This document shows positions 22,966 through 33,409 of a stretch of 64,000 bases of DNA, piece after piece. The DNA is taken from the NCBI GenBank assembly GCA_051546255.1, contig CP128822.1:372001-436000 (forward strand). The letters run 5' to 3'. Numbering within the stretch: position 1 is the stretch's first letter; every line of letters starts with the position of its first letter. Below the pieces are notes generated by a model, which made no database searches, was not told the DNA's origin, and saw only the letters and a list, made by a program, of their open reading frames with translations. The position numbers were made by a program, and so were the translations under genes. The DNA comes from Meyerozyma guilliermondii. Taxonomy: Eukaryota.

Positions 22966-24765
22966 ATGTTCCCCAAAATATATAACAAGAAGTTGAAACA
23001 TGGAATTCCCCTATTGATAACCGCTGCTTGCATTTTCTTCACACTTAACAACTACTTATCTGATGACATTAGCCAGTACTTGTTGGAAGCGAATGCGTTG
23101 CACATGAATCGACAGTCTTCCTTCGACCCTCGAAGTATCACCTACGCGCTCTTCTCGTATGTGAATGGGCTCAACAACCAAGAGCTCATGAATTTTTCCG
23201 ACCTTGGCAACAAATATGGAGTGTATTTTCATTGGGATGATTGGGTCGACTTGTCAGCCGCCAAATCCATTCTCGGCAAGTATCGGCAAAAATACCCCCA
23301 GGGTCAATGTGATAGCGTGCTACGCAACTTTGCCGATGTGAATGGCTATTTCATGGAATCTTACAACAAAAAAGTGTATCGTGGAATGGCCGATCTTTAT
23401 TGTCTTAAGGAAATACCCGAGCGAGTTATTATTCTGACAGACAAAGCGTTTGTGCATATTCCGGTAATCGGCAAAAAGCGCTTAGGCGAGTCCAACCTTC
23501 CCTACAATATCTATAAAGACCAGATGGTCAACGAAATGATGAAAATTCAAACCTCTGATGATTTGACTTTTAAGGTCGCCGACTATAAACCATTAGAACA
23601 CGAGGTAAACATCAAGGCTGAAGATTTCATCTTCAATCTCGATTCAAACATCTTCCACTTGCAAGAACAACTCAACAATAACACCATCTCCTCAAAAGAT
23701 CTTGAATACCTTCAATTTTTGGAATACTCTAGTGTGTTGATAGAAAAATCAGACACTTATTTCAAGTATCCATGGATTATAACCGATGTCATTCAAGGAA
23801 GATCCCATCATTTAGCATATCCTTTTTTCAAGAGGTTCATTGGCGATCGCGAGCGTCAAAGTGTCATTCACCATATGATTCGTGTATGGTTCCAGTTTGC
23901 CGAACTGAATAATATACCGAGCTGGATAAATTACGGCTCGCTTTTAGGCTGGTCATATAACGGTGTCAATATGCCGTGGGATACAGATATCGATGTTCAA
24001 ATGCCAATACGTCATCTTGATCGACTTGGTCGAGAATTCAACCGACTGATTATAATCGAAAATCCTCGATATGGAAACGGCAAATACTACTTGGAAGTTG
24101 CTCCCACCTACACAGCTCAGGGCAATGGAAGAAATTTCATCGATGCCCGTTTTATCGATATCAACACTGGACTCTACATTGATATCTCAGCATTGGCACA
24201 TACAAACTTCAAGCCTCCCAAAAAGCTCTTTAAAGGGTCAGAGAACGTCGAAGACTTGAAGGCGATGACTGTTCACTGCAAGAATTGGAATTGGCATACT
24301 TTAGAAGAGCTTCTACCATTGAGACACACCTATTTTGAAGGTGGAGAAGCTTACATTCCTCGTAACGTGTCACGCATTCTTACTCGAAAGTATGGAAAAA
24401 CATCCTACACTACCAAGAATCGTTTCAAGAACCACAATTACCAGAAAGATATCCGCCTTTGGGTCCCCGATAGGATATGTAGCTCTTCGCCCAACAAGCG
24501 GTTCCAGGATGAAGAAGGATCCGCGTTGACATTAAAGGGAGCTTGCAACAGTCCTCGTTTGCAGGATGAGTTCCGAATTGTTCATGAATCGGCTCAAAGA
24601 AGATTAGATTTCGAGGTGGACGTGGATAATAGTATTTACTACGATACTGAACAAACACCTCCGCTTCCAATATTCAGGAAGGATGCATGGGATTATTATA
24701 ATGACATCAACAAAAAATTAGTCACCGATGACAACTGGTACGTACGAGAGGAGATTGTACGGTAA
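22966..24765 (+). CDS. Mnn4-family / LicD-domain mannosylphosphorylation protein
   Basis: Type II membrane anchor; FHWDDWVDL, WINYGSLLGW, PWDTDIDVQMP and IDARFID...YIDI LicD nucleotidyltransferase motifs. Confidence 0.87.
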   Translation: MFPKIYNKKLKHGIPLLITAACIFFTLNNYLSDDISQYLLEANALHMNRQSSFDPRSITYALFSYVNGLNNQELMNFSDLGNKYGVYFHWDDWVDLSAAKSILGKYRQKYPQGQCDSVLRNFADVNGYFMESYNKKVYRGMADLYCLKEIPERVIILTDKAFVHIPVIGKKRLGESNLPYNIYKDQMVNEMMKIQTSDDLTFKVADYKPLEHEVNIKAEDFIFNLDSNIFHLQEQLNNNTISSKDLEYLQFLEYSSVLIEKSDTYFKYPWIITDVIQGRSHHLAYPFFKRFIGDRERQSVIHHMIRVWFQFAELNNIPSWINYGSLLGWSYNGVNMPWDTDIDVQMPIRHLDRLGREFNRLIIIENPRYGNGKYYLEVAPTYTAQGNGRNFIDARFIDINTGLYIDISALAHTNFKPPKKLFKGSENVEDLKAMTVHCKNWNWHTLEELLPLRHTYFEGGEAYIPRNVSRILTRKYGKTSYTTKNRFKNHNYQKDIRLWVPDRICSSSPNKRFQDEEGSALTLKGACNSPRLQDEFRIVHESAQRRLDFEVDVDNSIYYDTEQTPPLPIFRKDAWDYYNDINKKLVTDDNWYVREEIVR

Positions 24766-24810
24766 ATAATGTATTAGTATTTGCATAAGATAAACATTCA
24801 ACATTTTTAA

Positions 24811-25674
24811 TTACGATTTGGACCGACTTGGATCCCATCCACCAAATACATCATAAGCATCAGGATGCGCAAGTTCAGCAAAATCTTCATCGGTCAATTT
24901 GAAATCGAAAAGGTCAAAGTTTTGTGGAAGTCTTTCGGGTTTCAGTGATTTTGGAATTACAACTACTCCACGATCAATGTTCCATCTCAACAATACCTGA
25001 GCTGGCGTCTTGTTATACTTCTTGGCCAATTTAACAAGGGTAGGATCGTTCAATTTAGCACCAGTAGTAAGTGGGCAGTATGCCTCCAATACAATTCCAA
25101 GATTTTGACAGTAGTCCACCAAATCTTTTCTCATAAGCCAAGGACTCAATTCGATTTGGTTTACAATAGGCTTGTACTTCAATCCTTCCCAGTCGTAAAG
25201 TTCTTGAATATGGTGCTTACCAAAGTTCGATACGCCAATAGATTTAACCATTCCACTATCAACAGCTTCTTGTAATGCCTTCCATGTCTCGATCCTAGTT
25301 TTTTTGTCACTTAAAGGGTCATGAATGAGCACCAAGTCAATATACTCAAGGTGTTTGACTTTGTTGAGCGATTCTTTCAAACTTCTCCAGGTCCTATCGT
25401 ATCCTTGGTTCAGATTTGTAATTTTGGTGGTGTACAAAACATCCTCTCTCTTGTTGTTCTTGTCTTTACCAAGCCAAGCCTTGATTCCCTCACCAGTTTC
25501 TCTCTCATTTTCATATTCTTGGGCAGTATCGATAAGACGGTATCCGACGTCCAAGGCTTTTTCAACAATTCCAGCAGTTTGTGAAGCAGGCAAAAGATAC
25601 ACTCCGACACCGCAAGCTGGAATCCTTGAGCCGTTTAGTAATGGGAAGCAGTTCTTTGCTGTTAGAGGTGCCAT
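24811..25674 (-). CDS. Aldo-keto reductase, copy 1
   Basis: Catalytic tetrad motifs IDTAQEY, TTK and LIH; IGVSNF; IPKS. Confidence 0.92.
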   Translation of the reverse strand: MAPLTAKNCFPLLNGSRIPACGVGVYLLPASQTAGIVEKALDVGYRLIDTAQEYENERETGEGIKAWLGKDKNNKREDVLYTTKITNLNQGYDRTWRSLKESLNKVKHLEYIDLVLIHDPLSDKKTRIETWKALQEAVDSGMVKSIGVSNFGKHHIQELYDWEGLKYKPIVNQIELSPWLMRKDLVDYCQNLGIVLEAYCPLTTGAKLNDPTLVKLAKKYNKTPAQVLLRWNIDRGVVVIPKSLKPERLPQNFDLFDFKLTDEDFAELAHPDAYDVFGGWDPSRSKS

Positions 25675-26609
25675 TGTACTTGAATCAATACTTGCAAGTA
25701 GTAGAAATGAAGGGGGCTTAGAGTTTAAATGTCCGTAGGTTCCGCCACCAGCTGATCGTCAATATAAGGTTCGGAGATCCGAGGAGTGCACGAGATAGCA
25801 CTATACGTGTAACTCGTTTGCGTAACTTTATCTATATTGTGCGCAGCAAGCAAGAGAACATTTGGCAACCGACGAAATGTGAAAAATAGGTGATTTCGAC
25901 TCGGGGAAGGTCAATTAACTCAGAGATAGCTATATTGCACACTGAGTATATTCCAACCACAGTTCCACTCCTGAGCATCTTCTGTGGTTGAGCAATACCA
26001 AATTAATGTTTTAGTTTACGACATTCAAATTTATTAGTTGCTGCTGAAAAATCATTATTGCTTCCGCAAGAGAAGATCGTTGCTTCAGAAGACTACTTTT
26101 CGTGTAGTTGCTACTGCAAGTGGCCGTTTTAGTTAATTCAAGCGAGTTGCGATTTACTTCCCAGAAGTAGGTTTTATTCAATTTGGACTAAAAGCAACAT
26201 AGCCTAAATGGTATAGCGAGTAAATTGTGGACATGATCCTAGTTTATAACCAATTAAAGTACAGGAGCCTTTTCCTATTGAGCTGCATACGTGAAAAAGA
26301 ACAATTCTCGCTGAATAATGGTAACCAGAAAGCTTGAATAACCAAAGAAGCACGATACTACCGTAACCCCAAAGGAACCCAAACGACGCCAATCATCATA
26401 TGTCCATTGAAGAGTGTAAAGTTGATTCATCAGCTGTGCCTGAAATACTTAGGAATTTTTTCGCAGCCATTCTCAGTGCGTGGAAGTGCCTCAAGGTTTT
26501 AAAGAGAATTGACTCTAAGCTTATGCGCTGACTTACTGAGATGCGCTGGAAAATTAAATCCATCATCATGGTCATAGCATTCTCAAAAAAGTTCCTAAGT
26601 CTCTCGCTT

Positions 26610-27458
26610 CTAGCGCGATGATTTCACAGGATCCCAACCGCAATAGAGGTCATAGGCCTCTGGATGAGAAAGTTCCTTGAATTCCTCGTCGGTTAGCTTG
26701 AAGTCAAAGATATCAAAGTTCTCGCTCAAACGCTTGTGATTCAGCGACTTGGGAATGACAACCACACCTCTGTCTACGTTCCATCTCAAAAGTACTTGAG
26801 CAGGAGTTTTGCCGTACTTCTTGCCAATTTTTATCAAGGTAGGATCATTCAACTTGGCTCCAGTCGTCAAAGGACAGTACGCCTCGAGAACGATCCCCAA
26901 ATCTTGACAGTATTTCACAAGTTCATTTCTCATTAGCCATGGACTCAATTCCACTTGATTGATGACGGGTTTGTACTTAAAGCCCTCCCACTCGTAAAGT
27001 TCTTTTAAATGGTGTTCGCCGTAATTTGAGACTCCAATAGCTTTGACAATTCCTTGGTCAACGGCCTCTTGAAGTGCCTTCCAGGTTTCAAGTCTGGTCT
27101 TCTTACCGGTGAGCGGATCATGAATAAGAACCAAATCGATGTACCCAAGCTGTTTCACCTTGTTAAGCGACTCTTTCAAACTACTCCATGTTCTACTATA
27201 GCCTTGATTCAGACCTAAAATCTTGGTGGTGTAGATGACATCTTCTCTCTTGTGTTTCGGGTCCTTTTCGAGCCACGCCGAAATACCCTCTCCTATTTCT
27301 CTCTCGTTACCGTATTCCTGAGCGGTATCTATAAGACGGTAACCTGTGTCCAACGCTTGCTCTACCATTTTTGCAGCCGGTGAAATAAGATAAGCGCCAA
27401 GCCCCACTGCGGGAATTTTCGCCCCATTGAGCATATGAAAGTACTCTACGCCAGGCAT
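26610..27458 (-). CDS. Aldo-keto reductase, copy 2 (tandem paralogue)
   Basis: Same AKR motifs as copy 1, with long identical stretches such as LGIVLEAYCPLTTGAKLNDPTL. Confidence 0.92.
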   Translation of the reverse strand: MPGVEYFHMLNGAKIPAVGLGAYLISPAAKMVEQALDTGYRLIDTAQEYGNEREIGEGISAWLEKDPKHKREDVIYTTKILGLNQGYSRTWSSLKESLNKVKQLGYIDLVLIHDPLTGKKTRLETWKALQEAVDQGIVKAIGVSNYGEHHLKELYEWEGFKYKPVINQVELSPWLMRNELVKYCQDLGIVLEAYCPLTTGAKLNDPTLIKIGKKYGKTPAQVLLRWNVDRGVVVIPKSLNHKRLSENFDIFDFKLTDEEFKELSHPEAYDLYCGWDPVKSSR

Positions 27459-28096
27459 CTTCTATGGATAAGTCAAGTGGTTGCGCTGCTTATATATTAG
27501 GCTTGAAATCACTACTGATGGATAGCAATTTAGTGTCAAACGCAATCGCACTTCGGGACCCTGCAGAGAGTCGCACCGGCTACGGACAATTCGCACCGAC
27601 TGCCCGCGAGTCGCACTGGCTGCCGGTAAATTTGCGATTACTGGCCGCGAAAAAAATTCGCAGTAAATTTCAAATGGTAATGTATGAGAGAAACCAGAAA
27701 AACGTTCGCGGAGCAGATGGCAGTCAGAGAACTTAAAGCCTCATACTTGGCTCATTAATGGAAACCCTACATTGGTTTATTATCTAGTTTGCAACTCGGC
27801 TTCGCCCGACCCCATTGTCGGGGTTGCACCGATCTGGCGAGCGGCTCTGCTATCTTTCCCAATTCGAATAGTGATAGCGGTCGTCTGCATATGGGCCCTT
27901 CTTTGTCGTTGATCGCTTTTCATTGGCTAGGAAATAGCATACTCCTGCCTCATTGAGTAATGCCGCGCAAGCGCCAGCGCCGATCTGGATGTAACGCCGC
28001 GAGCGGTGCTGCAGGATGAGGCTCGCGAAAATGGCTGAAAGAAAAAATGTGGGGTTGGTATTGTGTTAAAAGCTTACTTTTCGCCATGTAGTTTTC

Positions 28097-29743
28097 ATGT
28101 TTGGCTTGGGAAGAGTCTCATCTTTTGAAGATGACGTTCCAGGAACCATTAATTTGGTTGATATGGAAGGCCTGCTAGATGTAGAAAAAGGGGCCAACGG
28201 TAATATTATCTTACATCCTCCACCCAGCAGTGATATCAATGATCCGTTAAGATGGCTGACGTGGAAAAAAGAATACCAGCTAATTTTGCTCACGTTTTGG
28301 GGCTTCATGCAATCGGTTTCCACCATCTGGAGTGGTCCTATATGGGATCTCTGGGTGGACTTGTTTGGGTGTACTTATAATGAGCTCAACATTATGAGTG
28401 GATTGTGTTTTGTATTCATAGCCTTGGGGTGTGTGATGCTCCAACCATGTGCTTTGAAACTTGGAAAGCGATTCGTGTACTTGATTTGTACCGTATTCCA
28501 AATCGTTGGCAACGTTATATACGCCAAAGCTACCGGCGTAAACCACCTCTATGCTGCATCTGCTCTTGTTGGTTTTGGTTCGGCACCAATGTACTCATTG
28601 ATCGAGATTTTAGTTATGGATTTTTACTTTCAGCATCAAAGAGCCTCGAAAGTGTCATACGTTGTATTTGCACTTTTGGGTGGTGTTGCTTTGGGTCCAT
28701 TGGCCGCAGGCTACGTTACTGATGGACTCGGCTGGGAATGGTGTCCTTACATCATGGTGATAATTTTCAGTGTGATATTTATCGTGCAAGTTTTCTCTAT
28801 GGAAGATACGACATTTAGAAGGGTAGAGTCCCCCGATGATTTCCAATCCACCATATTAGAACAAATCAAAAGTCGTGAAAGCCAGCATTTAGAGTTGGGT
28901 AAAAGCCATCCTTCCCAGGTGGAAGTGGAGCTGAACAACGACGACGACAATTCCTCCATAGACCAATCGATTCCTAAAAGACCATATTGGAATCGAATGA
29001 ACATTTTTTCCTTGGCCCACGCAGACCCTAGAAGCTGGCTCTGGGTCATGTTCAAGCCATTTTTCCTAGTGTCATTTCCCGCAGTGGTATGGTGTGGCAT
29101 TCTTCAAGCTGTGCAGCAGATGTGGCTCACCTTGATCAACAGTACTCAAGCGCAATTGTTCTCTGAGCCTCCTTACAACTTTGGGAACTCGGCTATTGGT
29201 CTCACAAACTTGGCTCTATTTGTGGGTATTGTCTTGGGTTTATTGTACGGAGGTTGGTTTGTGGATAAGATTACTCTCTATCTTTCCAGAAAGAACAATG
29301 GTATCATGGAGCCAGAATTCCGGTTATGGAACATGATTATACCTGTGGCAATCAATCTTTGCGGGCTTTTAGCATACGGCTTGGGATTCCTGAATAAAGC
29401 TCATTGGGCCGTGCCAGCCATATTGGGTCAAGGCTGTCTTGGATTTTCCATGGCTGCAATCACCGGCATTGCCTACACATATTGCACGGACAGTTATCCA
29501 AATCTCGTGGGAGAAGGAATTGTCTTGATTTCATTCATCAATAATGCCGTGGCAACTGTGTTCACTTTTCTCATCAGCGACTGGATGGATAGAGACGGAC
29601 TTGTGTTCATGACATGGATGATGTTTTTGATTGCATTGGTGGTTAATGGATCGTTCTTGGCGTTCACCATCTGGGGAAAGCTGTCTCGGCGGATGACTAA
29701 ACAGCTCTATTACAAGATCTGTGATCTAGGAGAGGTTCAATAG
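28097..29743 (+). CDS. MFS transporter (Hol1-like)
   Basis: VPGTINL...IILHPPPSSDINDPLRW N-terminal motif, LGKRFVY, RKNNGIMEPEFRL; about 12 TMs. Confidence 0.85.
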   Translation: MFGLGRVSSFEDDVPGTINLVDMEGLLDVEKGANGNIILHPPPSSDINDPLRWLTWKKEYQLILLTFWGFMQSVSTIWSGPIWDLWVDLFGCTYNELNIMSGLCFVFIALGCVMLQPCALKLGKRFVYLICTVFQIVGNVIYAKATGVNHLYAASALVGFGSAPMYSLIEILVMDFYFQHQRASKVSYVVFALLGGVALGPLAAGYVTDGLGWEWCPYIMVIIFSVIFIVQVFSMEDTTFRRVESPDDFQSTILEQIKSRESQHLELGKSHPSQVEVELNNDDDNSSIDQSIPKRPYWNRMNIFSLAHADPRSWLWVMFKPFFLVSFPAVVWCGILQAVQQMWLTLINSTQAQLFSEPPYNFGNSAIGLTNLALFVGIVLGLLYGGWFVDKITLYLSRKNNGIMEPEFRLWNMIIPVAINLCGLLAYGLGFLNKAHWAVPAILGQGCLGFSMAAITGIAYTYCTDSYPNLVGEGIVLISFINNAVATVFTFLISDWMDRDGLVFMTWMMFLIALVVNGSFLAFTIWGKLSRRMTKQLYYKICDLGEVQ

Positions 29744-29759
29744 TCGCCCTGATTTCTCC

Positions 29760-29814
29760 ATCTATAAGTCATTTATCTATAAGTTATTCTATCTATAAGT
29801 CATTTTATCTATAA
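29760..29814. repeat. Minisatellite, about 3.5 copies of ATCTATAAGTYATTY(T)
   Basis: Units atctataagtcattt / atctataagttattct / atctataagtcatttt / atctataa, read directly between two convergent stop codons. Confidence 0.85.
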
Positions 29815-29824
29815 TGCAATCTTG

Positions 29825-31369
29825 CTAACGTCCTACGTACTTCTTCTCCAACGGTCTAACCAAGTTATACCCAATGAAAGAAAAGGCAAATCCCAACTCA
29901 AAACCTATATCACCTCCAGGTGCTCCAATCTTGCGTCCAATGGGCCCAGAGTACCATACTTGGTTCATACCGACAACCACACCAGCTACTCCACAAAGGA
30001 ATCCAAAGACACCAGCATATCCAACTGGATATGCCAATTTCGAATCAACGTTCTTGTAGTCGTATCGAGAAAAGTCACCACGATTATGAATAAGATGCTC
30101 AGATAACGAGATGGCTTCGTAGATGGCCAAATAGTATCCTATCAAGTTCATGAAATTGTCCATAACTTCCTCAAACTGGTAGTAGGCGGGAATACATATA
30201 GCCAACGTTATGAAGTTACCCAAGACTGTCCATATTACTCGAGGAACTTTGGCCAAAGGAGACCAAGCAGCCTGGGCACACAATGCAATGGTATACATGT
30301 TTGGAATATTGTTGGCGACAGTAGAGAGAGCCAACACGACACATAAGAATTGTCCAAATCCATGCAATGAGTTCTCGACAAGAATAGCGTATACTAATCC
30401 TCCGACTGATTTCGTTTGGTACAATTCCAGCCATCTGGCGTTGGTGAGGGTTCCCGTGGCACAAGCTGCTCCCAAGATAAGAGTGAAAATCAACGGAAGG
30501 TACAAGCCAAGGTAGATGCCAAAAAAGATCCTGACACTATTGGCATTTCTGGGCTGATAAACGGTATAATCAGATGCATAAGTAGTCCAGCCGGTTGCAA
30601 ATCCATAGACCGCACCTCCAAAAGACAAGACATTTCCTGCCGTTGCTGAACCGCCTTTGAAGTCACCAAACGAAAAGTTTCCCGACATTGACATCCTGAC
30701 GATAATGGTAATGAACACAACAGCATTGGGAACCCAGGACCATTTCTCATACAAATGAATTGCATGGTAACCAAAGAAAGTCACCAAGATGGTGCAAAGA
30801 ACCAAGATCAAACATCCAGCCCATGGTGGACATGCACCATTATTGACGATATTCAACAATTGAGCAGACGACATGATATTAACTGCTCCCCAACCGACAC
30901 AAGCAACCATATTGATGACTGCGAAGATTCTCATGGCATAATTTCCTACCAAGTATTTGGAAAGCAACATTTGTCTTAAGCCAAGTTTGGGTCCAAATGT
31001 GGAGAAAAATGCCACGGAGAATGCTCCGATCATAGAGAAGAAGATGATCACAAGCACTGCTTGCCAAAAGGCAAGGTTGAAAACAGTGATACCCAAGGCA
31101 CCAAGTGCAAAAGTTGCAATCACCAAATTTGCCGAAAGCCACATTGTAGCTGCATTCACAATAGAGTTCTCTGTCTTTTCCTCATCGGTGATTGGCTCTA
31201 TTCCCTTGGTTTCAACATTGATTTTCGATGCCAAAGTGTTGAAAAAGCTCAATTTGACCTCTCTCACTTCCGCAAAGTCAGAGCTATCCACAACATCAAA
31301 GTTGTTGATGCTATTTGATTTCTTTTCCGCCGTGCCAGGTAGGTCATGGCTCTCTGAAGAAGAAGCCAT
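29825..31369 (-). CDS. Purine-cytosine permease (NCS1 family, Fcy2-like)
   Basis: ETKGIEPI, MWLSANL, GPKLGLRQM, GWTTYASDYTVY and NNIPNMY motifs. First ATG is at 31369. Confidence 0.9.
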   Translation of the reverse strand: MASSSESHDLPGTAEKKSNSINNFDVVDSSDFAEVREVKLSFFNTLASKINVETKGIEPITDEEKTENSIVNAATMWLSANLVIATFALGALGITVFNLAFWQAVLVIIFFSMIGAFSVAFFSTFGPKLGLRQMLLSKYLVGNYAMRIFAVINMVACVGWGAVNIMSSAQLLNIVNNGACPPWAGCLILVLCTILVTFFGYHAIHLYEKWSWVPNAVVFITIIVRMSMSGNFSFGDFKGGSATAGNVLSFGGAVYGFATGWTTYASDYTVYQPRNANSVRIFFGIYLGLYLPLIFTLILGAACATGTLTNARWLELYQTKSVGGLVYAILVENSLHGFGQFLCVVLALSTVANNIPNMYTIALCAQAAWSPLAKVPRVIWTVLGNFITLAICIPAYYQFEEVMDNFMNLIGYYLAIYEAISLSEHLIHNRGDFSRYDYKNVDSKLAYPVGYAGVFGFLCGVAGVVVGMNQVWYSGPIGRKIGAPGGDIGFELGFAFSFIGYNLVRPLEKKYVGR

Positions 31370-31672
31370 TGTTAATGTAGGTCCCAAACGGGGTGCAAGT
31401 TTGATCCTGCAGAGCTATAAAATTTTTGAGTATGACAGAAAAAAGAAACTTTTGACAGCTGCACATGTGACGTGATTTTTTGGGTGCAAAAATGCGATGT
31501 ATGAAGGATACCTTGACTGATAAATGAGAACAGAAGCGGCCAAGTTTGTCATTCTAAGTCTACTGCACAGTTTTTGAGTAGCATGGCTAATCTTAGTTGG
31601 CTACATTGGTTTTTGAGGGAGAAAATTCCTCCTGATCATGCACATTGCAACTAGTATTATATAGGGAGAAAA

Positions 31673-32917
31673 TTACGTCTCGTTCTCGTTAATATTGAGA
31701 GGACGAAGCAAATCTGCCAACTCATCCTCCAGATCTTTTTGAGGATGCTCTTCTCTCCACTTGAGAAAGTCGCTTGTAAGGGCCGCTTCAATCTCTAGCC
31801 GAGATCTTTCATGTTCTCGAATAACTAGCTTGGAACCCTCGAGCTCAATGCAAAATGCTTGTAAGTTCCCATTCCGCTTTTTCAAAATACAGATCTTGAT
31901 GAAACGAATCAAAAAGATCAACCATCGATCCAAGAACCATTTCTCGAGCCGCTTCATTCGTCCAGAAAGAAGAATCTCGTTGACATCCCACTCTTTAACT
32001 GAAATCAAGTCGAGTCTATCTTTAATACCAACAACGAGTGTGGGCGTACCAGCCAAGTAACACTGAACGAGGGCAGGATGAAAGTACTTTAAGTCAAATC
32101 TCCCTTGTACCCTGGCTTTAAATTCAACGTACCTGTCCAAATTTTTGACTGGATCGTCAAGGCCAAACCGTTCTTTCAGATCATGGTTTTGTTGGGGCTT
32201 TACTGCATCAATTTCGCATGATACCAAGATGGAATCTTTCATCAGCGATGAATGACGTACTAAAGAGTTGTACTTTTCATTGTTATTTTTAGCACACTCG
32301 AAGCGGAATTTGCGCTCAAAGTTCTGCCTGACGGTCATCAACTCCTCAAAATTGGGTCCCGTCATTCCAGCTGGATTCATGTATCCTCTTTTTCTGTCAT
32401 TCTCCAAGAAGAGCTGGTCATTAACGGCGTATATCCATGACAGGACCTTGGGGTTGTCTATTCCTGTAAGCATGAGGTCCAACATTGTTGAACGGGTAGC
32501 CACAAGATCAGCTTGAACTTTTAAGCCTTTTCTTTCAGAGTTGGCAAGCGCAACATACTTTGTTCCCGTTCGTGCTTTGTCTTCTAGCAGGACCACCTTG
32601 AGGCGAAAGTCCTGATACTTCTTATGACCATATCCAATATAGATGGGAAATTTTCGCATGCTCCAGGTTTTGGTATCTTTATCCTCGATAAAGAGTCTCT
32701 CATCCATCACCCACGTCCTTGCCAGAGAACGGTCCAATTCTATGTTCAAGGATTTCGTTCTCGAGTAATAAAGTGCTTCATATGATGGATCTTTTTCCCA
32801 GTTGCATTCTTGTAGCAAACTGTAAAAGCTCTCTGACCGAACATAACTCAAGTCTATTTCGTTGTTCTCGCAGCAGTGTGCTAAAAAAGCATCCACATTT
32901 TCCCAATCAGCAGCCAT
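31673..32917 (-). CDS. Divergent Rai1/DXO-family 5'-end decapping / exoribonuclease-like protein, copy A
   Basis: DXO motifs in order: ADLVATRS (Arg motif), GPNFEE (GxxFE), SCEIDAV (EhD), YVEFKA (EhK), VQCYLAGTPTLVVGIKD (Q motif). Confidence 0.75.
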   Translation of the reverse strand: MAADWENVDAFLAHCCENNEIDLSYVRSESFYSLLQECNWEKDPSYEALYYSRTKSLNIELDRSLARTWVMDERLFIEDKDTKTWSMRKFPIYIGYGHKKYQDFRLKVVLLEDKARTGTKYVALANSERKGLKVQADLVATRSTMLDLMLTGIDNPKVLSWIYAVNDQLFLENDRKRGYMNPAGMTGPNFEELMTVRQNFERKFRFECAKNNNEKYNSLVRHSSLMKDSILVSCEIDAVKPQQNHDLKERFGLDDPVKNLDRYVEFKARVQGRFDLKYFHPALVQCYLAGTPTLVVGIKDRLDLISVKEWDVNEILLSGRMKRLEKWFLDRWLIFLIRFIKICILKKRNGNLQAFCIELEGSKLVIREHERSRLEIEAALTSDFLKWREEHPQKDLEDELADLLRPLNINENET

Positions 32918-33409
32918 TAAAGATAGTTGAATTGATTTCTTTCTCTTCGTTCACTGTTTACCGCTTGTGGCATCTCCTTTTATGGGCCATAAGTGGGCTT
33001 ATTAGTTCTGGCGTTGGTTATTTTCACCAACCCGCTTAAAGTCTCGTAGATTAGCCAAAGTTCATAAACTTCCACGCACCTTTTATCGCTTGATCCTGCA
33101 CCTACTTTTCCTGTGTATATAACATCTTGTGGGACCTGCGAATCTCTACTACGAGTATCACTGTGGTATACATATCTAACAATGTTAAGCAGCCTTTAAC
33201 GGGCAATCCCACCTTGCTGAATACGATATTTGGATCTTTGCCTAATGATTTTGTACGCCTCAGGTAAATTCAACGTACTTTACATGAATGTTCATGGGCC
33301 ATGGATGCCCACTTAAAGTTGAAGAGTAAGTGTAAGGAAAAGTGAGAATGAAAAGAGTGCACGATATGCTATCAGGTATCCTTCTATAATGTCATTTCAC
33401 GATATAAAT

